Position numbers and translations under genes: made by a program. The notes under the pieces are model-generated. The model was not told the origin of the DNA. It made no database searches and was given only the letters and a program-made list of their open reading frames with translations. This document shows positions 47,607 through 51,918 of a stretch of 51,918 bases of DNA, piece after piece (the first letter of the stretch is position 1; each line of letters starts with the position of its first letter). Origin of the DNA: a bacterium (lineage in GTDB: Bacteria; Muiribacteriota; UBA9980); the NCBI GenBank assembly GCA_029571125.1, contig JAKPTH010000325.1:1-51918 (forward strand), written 5' to 3'.

Positions 47607-47620
47607 TTGACTTAAGTCAA
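47607..47620. promoter_or_regulatory. Second CRP/FNR-family-type palindrome in the divergent ferredoxin/flavoprotein intergenic region
   Basis: TTGACTTAAGTCAA (TTGAC-N4-GTCAA), again next to TTTTTTTATTTTTATTTT tracts. Confidence 0.55.
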
Positions 47621-47716
47621 CGGGTCCATTTTTTTATTTTTATTTTATTTTTAATGTGGTATAATAAAATTTGAAGAATATATATTAAATAAACTATATT
47701 ATTCAAGGAGTTAATT

Positions 47717-48292
47717 ATGAAATTAGTCGCTTTCAACGGCAGCGCGAGATTAAACGGCAACACGGCCATCATGATAGAAACCGTTTTAAACGAAGTAAGA
47801 GCCGAAGGGATCGAATGCGAAGTGATAAATCTCTGTCAGAAGAAGATCCGCGGCTGCACGGCCTGCGGAAAATGTTATGAAAATAAGGACTTAAAGTGCG
47901 TCGTAAACGACGATCTGAATTTCTGCTTTCAGAAGATGCTTGAATCCGATGCGGTATTGCTCGGTTCGCCCACTTATTTCACCGACGTTTCCACCGAAAT
48001 GAAAGCGCTTATAGACCGCGCCGGGTATCTCGCGAAAGCGAACCGGGAAGTCTTAAAATATAAAGTAGGAGCGGCCGTGGTGGCAGTAAGACGCGGAGGC
48101 GCCATACACGCTTTCGACACGATGAACCATTTCTTTCTTATAAGCCAGATGATAGTGCCCGGCTCTTCTTACTGGAACGACGGATTCGGCCGCGAAAAAG
48201 GCGAAGTAGCCGACGACGCGGAAGGAAAACAGACGATGGTAAACCTCGGCCGCAATATGGCGTGGCTTTTAAAGAAGATAAACGGCAAATAA
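47717..48292 (+). CDS. Flavodoxin-like fold FMN reductase / iron-sulfur flavoprotein family
   Basis: MKLVAFNGSARLNGNT N-terminus, a CxxCxxC-type stretch (RGCTACGKCYE) and LLGSPTYF. Confidence 0.75.
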   Translation: MKLVAFNGSARLNGNTAIMIETVLNEVRAEGIECEVINLCQKKIRGCTACGKCYENKDLKCVVNDDLNFCFQKMLESDAVLLGSPTYFTDVSTEMKALIDRAGYLAKANREVLKYKVGAAVVAVRRGGAIHAFDTMNHFFLISQMIVPGSSYWNDGFGREKGEVADDAEGKQTMVNLGRNMAWLLKKINGK

Positions 48293-48320
48293 CGAAGCAT
48301 GAATTTATAATTAGCCGCAA

Positions 48321-49034
48321 TCACAGGCCCGAAGTGCTTTTCAGCGCGCCGTGCTTCGAGCAGCTGATTTCGCAGGTGCCTGAATTGTGCGGGTAACTGA
48401 CCGAGACGCGATATTTTCCGCCGTCGGCGCATTTGGGCGCGCTCCTTAAATATCCTCTCATAACCAGAGTCTCGAGGCCGTTTTCAGAAGGCAGCCGCCC
48501 AGCTTCCGGGCTATTTTCCATAAAATAAAGCTCCGCGGCGCCGTCTATGGTTTTCATGTTTGAAACGCACATTTTAGTCCGCATGCCGACCAGCGACTGG
48601 CGCTCTTCACGTTTCAAAAACGGCACCAGTATAAAAGTTACAATGATAAGCCCAATCAGTATCCGGCCCGTAAGCGGCCGGGACCTTTTCCGGCGTGGCG
48701 CTTCATGGCTCGCGCCGGGACAGCTTTGATAATAATTATCGTTATTCAAATCAGAACCGGGTTCGAGCGAATTTCCGGCCCCGCCGGAACCGCAGGCGCC
48801 GGCCGAGCTCGTAAAAGCGCTTTTTTTAGAGGAACTACCGGGGCCCTGAATATATTCATTATTATGAATATTGCCGCCGGCTAAGTGTTTTTGGGTTTCG
48901 GCCTGATTATAGGCGGCGTCCGGCAGTTCGACGCCGGAACCGCAGACGCCGCATCTGACCTCGTCGCCTCTATTTACCGGCGCCGATATGATATTTTCCG
49001 AGCCGCATGAAGGGCATAAAAACTTAAAAGACAA
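48321..49034 (-). CDS. Zinc-ribbon / single-TM protein with a pilin-like C-terminal fold, hypothetical
   Basis: N-terminal CPSCGS...CGVCGS ribbon, a Gly/Ser-rich linker, a TM helix (ILIGLIIVTFILVPF), then CVSNMKTIDGAAELYFMEN...GYLRSAPKCADGGKY, which resembles pseudopilin body motifs. Confidence 0.45.
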   Translation of the reverse strand: MSFKFLCPSCGSENIISAPVNRGDEVRCGVCGSGVELPDAAYNQAETQKHLAGGNIHNNEYIQGPGSSSKKSAFTSSAGACGSGGAGNSLEPGSDLNNDNYYQSCPGASHEAPRRKRSRPLTGRILIGLIIVTFILVPFLKREERQSLVGMRTKMCVSNMKTIDGAAELYFMENSPEAGRLPSENGLETLVMRGYLRSAPKCADGGKYRVSVSYPHNSGTCEISCSKHGALKSTSGL

Positions 49035-49050
49035 TCACGGCCTCCGTTTA

Positions 49051-50391
49051 TTAATAGCGTCTTAAAAGAAGTTTTCTTTCGCGGTCGATGGAAAACGTTT
49101 TCATGTAATTCCATTCGGTTTTTTTGACCGCCGAATACGCTCTATAAAAATCCGCTCCCATAGAGGTTTTAATTACTTCGTCCTTTTCGAGCTCTTCGAG
49201 CGCCGAACCGAGATCCTGCGGCAGGAGCCTTATATTTTTATCCGCGAGAGTTTTCGCGTCGTAATTGCCGGGATCGCAATCCACCGGCGCGGGCAGTTCA
49301 AGGTTGTTTTTAACGCCGTCGAGCCCGGCGAAAATGACCGAAGCCAGAGCCACGTAAGGATTAGCCGAAGCGTCGCACGATTTGAGTTCGAAATGCGAAA
49401 CGCTTTTCGCGTCGGGCGAAGTTATGACGCGCACGGCCGCTTCGCGGTTATCGTAGCCCCAGCAGTTGAAAGCGCCGCTCCACATGTGCGGCTTGATGCG
49501 CTTATACGAATTCGTGCTCGGCATGCTGGCGGCGCAGAGGGCCGGAAGGCGCTTCATGACTCCGGCTATGAAACTTTCTACGGCGGCGGGCATATTATAT
49601 TTCCCGAATGAAGCGTGGGCGTTCCCGTCGGTTTTTTCAAGGCTTATATGAAGGTGGCAGCCGCTTCCGGCGGCCTCCTCGAAAATTTTTGGCATGAAGC
49701 TGGCGACCAGGTTATTTGCCATGGTAACCCCGTGAACCGTCTGGCGGAATATAACCTGGTTATCGGCCGCGCGCAGCGCGTTATCGTATTTAACGGTAAG
49801 CTCCTGCTGGCCGTTTCCGCCCTCGGGATAATAACGTTCGACTACTATGCCCTGCTGATTGAGGCTTCTGGCAATCTGCCCGATCACGGGGCCGCTGACG
49901 TTCATGGAAGCCGCCATGGCGAAAGGCGATTCATCCACGGGCAACGGCCTGGCATCGTCGTCCGTAGGCTTGAATAAATAAAATTCGTTTTCGAATCCGG
50001 CGTTTATCTTATAACCTATGGCGGCGGCCGCCGCTATGGCCTTTTTTAAATAATTTCTCGGGCAGCATTGCCAGACTTCGCCTTTAAAAGTCATATCGCC
50101 TATAACCGAAGCGTGCCCCTGGCAGTAATTAAGCAGTGAAAGGGTATTGTAATCCGGCTTCAGATGAACTTCGCCTACCGGGCCGAGACCGGCGTTATTG
50201 ACTACGCCGTCGAACATAACAGGGACCGCCTGCTGAGCGGCCGAAATGCTGACGGGATATTCGTAATTATCGTTTAAAACGGCCGTGGAAATGGCTTTGG
50301 ACCTTATGACATTGGCGTTGTCGCACCATAAAACTCTCAAAAAATTAACGCCCGACTCGTTTAATAAGGATATTACCTCTTCTTTTCTCAT
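49051..50391 (-). CDS. Glutamine synthetase family protein (type I / gamma-glutamyl-amine ligase-like)
   Basis: 446 aa. It has GFENEFYLF, GGNGQQELTV and GSGCHLHISL motifs and the C-terminal catalytic-domain layout of GS. Confidence 0.8.
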   Translation of the reverse strand: MRKEEVISLLNESGVNFLRVLWCDNANVIRSKAISTAVLNDNYEYPVSISAAQQAVPVMFDGVVNNAGLGPVGEVHLKPDYNTLSLLNYCQGHASVIGDMTFKGEVWQCCPRNYLKKAIAAAAAIGYKINAGFENEFYLFKPTDDDARPLPVDESPFAMAASMNVSGPVIGQIARSLNQQGIVVERYYPEGGNGQQELTVKYDNALRAADNQVIFRQTVHGVTMANNLVASFMPKIFEEAAGSGCHLHISLEKTDGNAHASFGKYNMPAAVESFIAGVMKRLPALCAASMPSTNSYKRIKPHMWSGAFNCWGYDNREAAVRVITSPDAKSVSHFELKSCDASANPYVALASVIFAGLDGVKNNLELPAPVDCDPGNYDAKTLADKNIRLLPQDLGSALEELEKDEVIKTSMGADFYRAYSAVKKTEWNYMKTFSIDRERKLLLRRY

Positions 50392-50407
50392 AAAGCTCCT
50401 CTATTTT

Positions 50408-51676
50408 TTAATGCTTGCCGGATGCGCGGCCAGCCAGGCCTTCGGCGGCGAGTTTTTTCAGTTCGCCCGACGCCACTTCGACCATGGCGTCGACGGCGTC
50501 CGCGTCGAACAGTATATTTTTCTGGGCGGTTATGTAATCGACCGCCTCTTCACGGCTGATATATTTCTGGTAACGCCGCCCGGAGGTCATGGCGTCAAAA
50601 ACGTCCGCAACCATTACGATCCTGGCGAGAAACGGTATGCTTTCGGCTGGAAGTCCGTTAGGATATCCCGATCCGTTAAGTCTTTCGTGATGGTACCCGG
50701 CGATTTCGACTATGTCGTTAAAAACGCTCATTTTCTTTAAAATATCCATGGTGAGAACGGCGTGGCCTTTTATTACGTGCAGTTCGAACGGCGAAAGGTT
50801 GTCCGACTTATTGAGAATGGTGCGCGGTATGGCGGCTTTTCCGATATCATGCATAAAGCCGGCCAGCTTGACTTTCATTATTTCTTTAGGGTTCAATTTC
50901 AGCATTTCGGCGATATGCCGGGAGTAAGCGGCCACGCGGCCAGAATGGCCGAGGGTTTCTTCGTGCTTGGCGTCGATTATATCGGCGAAAACGGTGGTTA
51001 TTTTTTCGATAAGGTCGGTGCCGATGAACATTTTATAATTCGGCAGCGAGTTCAATATATCGTTGACTACGACGGGAATGCGAGCGCCGATCTCTATTTC
51101 GTCGAAAAAATTGTCTTTATCGAGAGTTTCCAGCAGCAGGGAAACCATTTCGGGCGAATATTCGCTGTTTATATTGCGGTTGAACATGCCGTAAATATCT
51201 TTTTTGGCGATTTCGGGTATCATCCTTAAAGCGGTGTCGCAATCGTCGGCAAGTTTTATTATCTGCGAGCATATCGGAATGTCGTTTCCGGCCAGGCCTT
51301 CGGGAAAACCCGTGCCGTCGAATTTTTCGTGATGATACTTGACGAAGTCGGCTATCGCCGAAACTTCTCCGGGAAGGTCTTTGAGTATGATATTGGCAGA
51401 TTTTATGGTGTGATTGAGTATTTTATCTTTTTCGAGAACCGAAATGGATTCCGAAGTGGAAACGGTAAAATCGTTATATCCGAAAGCGCCTATATCGTGC
51501 AAAAGGCCGCTCCAGAAAATCTCCTGAAGGTTGGTGGAGTTGAGGAGCTTTCCCATTTTATAGGCTATGGCGGCGACGCGCCAGCTATGATAGGTCTGCC
51601 TGTGCTCGTCTAAGTCGAGCACGTTGGCCAGCTGCATGAAGCATTCGGTATAAGCTTTAGAGTTGGTTATAATCAT
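50408..51676 (-). CDS. Tandem HD-GYP domain protein (putative c-di-GMP phosphodiesterase)
   Basis: Two HD modules (HSWRVA...LLHDIGAFG...HHEKFDGTGFPEGL and HSGRVA...MHDIGKAAIP...HHERLNGSGYPNGL). Confidence 0.8.
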   Translation of the reverse strand: MIITNSKAYTECFMQLANVLDLDEHRQTYHSWRVAAIAYKMGKLLNSTNLQEIFWSGLLHDIGAFGYNDFTVSTSESISVLEKDKILNHTIKSANIILKDLPGEVSAIADFVKYHHEKFDGTGFPEGLAGNDIPICSQIIKLADDCDTALRMIPEIAKKDIYGMFNRNINSEYSPEMVSLLLETLDKDNFFDEIEIGARIPVVVNDILNSLPNYKMFIGTDLIEKITTVFADIIDAKHEETLGHSGRVAAYSRHIAEMLKLNPKEIMKVKLAGFMHDIGKAAIPRTILNKSDNLSPFELHVIKGHAVLTMDILKKMSVFNDIVEIAGYHHERLNGSGYPNGLPAESIPFLARIVMVADVFDAMTSGRRYQKYISREEAVDYITAQKNILFDADAVDAMVEVASGELKKLAAEGLAGRASGKH

Positions 51677-51918
51677 AAAACACCTTTTTTTGATTTTCTG
51701 CCGCTTTTATATCCCGTATTTCTTCTTCCGTGCGGCGTTTCTATGCCTTCGAGCTTTCCTCCGAGCGAAAGGATCTTATCGCGGCACGCCGAGGCTTCTT
51801 CGAAATTAAGCGCCATGGCGGCGTCATACATTTTTTTCTCCAGATCGGCTATAAGTTCGGCTATTTTTTCGGGGCTTTCACCGGAGCCTATAAGCTCTGC
51901 GCCGTCGTATCCTATGGT
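51673..51918 (-). CDS. uvrB: Excinuclease ABC subunit B, C-terminal UVR-domain end (5' part outside window)
   Basis: My own minus-strand translation gives ...KIAELIADLEKKMYDAAMALNFEEASACRDKILSLGGKLEG..., the UvrB C-terminal UVR motif. Its stop TGA overlaps the ATG of the HD-GYP gene (ATGA). It is absent from the ORF track because it is open-ended. Confidence 0.7.
   Translation of the reverse strand, partial: TIGYDGAELIGSGESPEKIAELIADLEKKMYDAAMALNFEEASACRDKILSLGGKLEGIETPHGRRNTGYKSGRKSKKGVL

Overview
51.9-kb window from an unidentified bacterium of about 50% GC. The gene content suggests an anaerobe that makes heavy use of sigma-54. Core-type genes sit at both ends. On the left are a Fe-ADH-like gene, a HAMP/HEAT membrane operon, thrS, a 2Fe-2S ferredoxin and a PNPOx-like gene. 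On the right are tspO, a CBM-esterase, a REC-PAS-GAF sigma-54 activator, a CheA-like kinase with a STAS protein, the hcp cluster, a GS-family gene, an HD-GYP gene and the uvrB 3' end. Between them lies a ~27-kb accessory segment (about 8.2-35.3 kb). It is bracketed by a decayed ~245-bp direct repeat of the 3' end of the PNPOx-like gene, which makes it a candidate integrated island with no visible integrase. The segment carries a complete type I BREX locus (brxA-brxB-brxC-pglX-pglZ-brxL, 17431-31185). This locus has three unusual features. (1) A low-GC VapBC-like toxin-antitoxin pair is inserted between pglX and pglZ. (2) The central part of pglX is a low-GC mosaic block that ends in a 7x7-nt degenerate tandem array. 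(3) The BrxL C-terminus looks like an MITD1-type (MIT_C, PLD-fold) domain rather than a Lon protease domain. The most novel-looking signal is regulatory. Three loci in the island share the same architecture. They lie upstream of a secreted C11-peptidase/S1-protease operon, a secreted TPR protein and an HExxH protein. Each has two TTTGTATA-type boxes exactly 19 bp apart, followed 106-131 bp later by a good sigma-54 -24/-12 promoter. Directly next to BREX is a sigma-54 activator whose N-terminus resembles the RtcR-type CARF sensor domain. Together these suggest a CARF-sensor/sigma-54-controlled protease regulon wrapped around BREX. All functional calls rest on motif recognition by eye; no database search was run.
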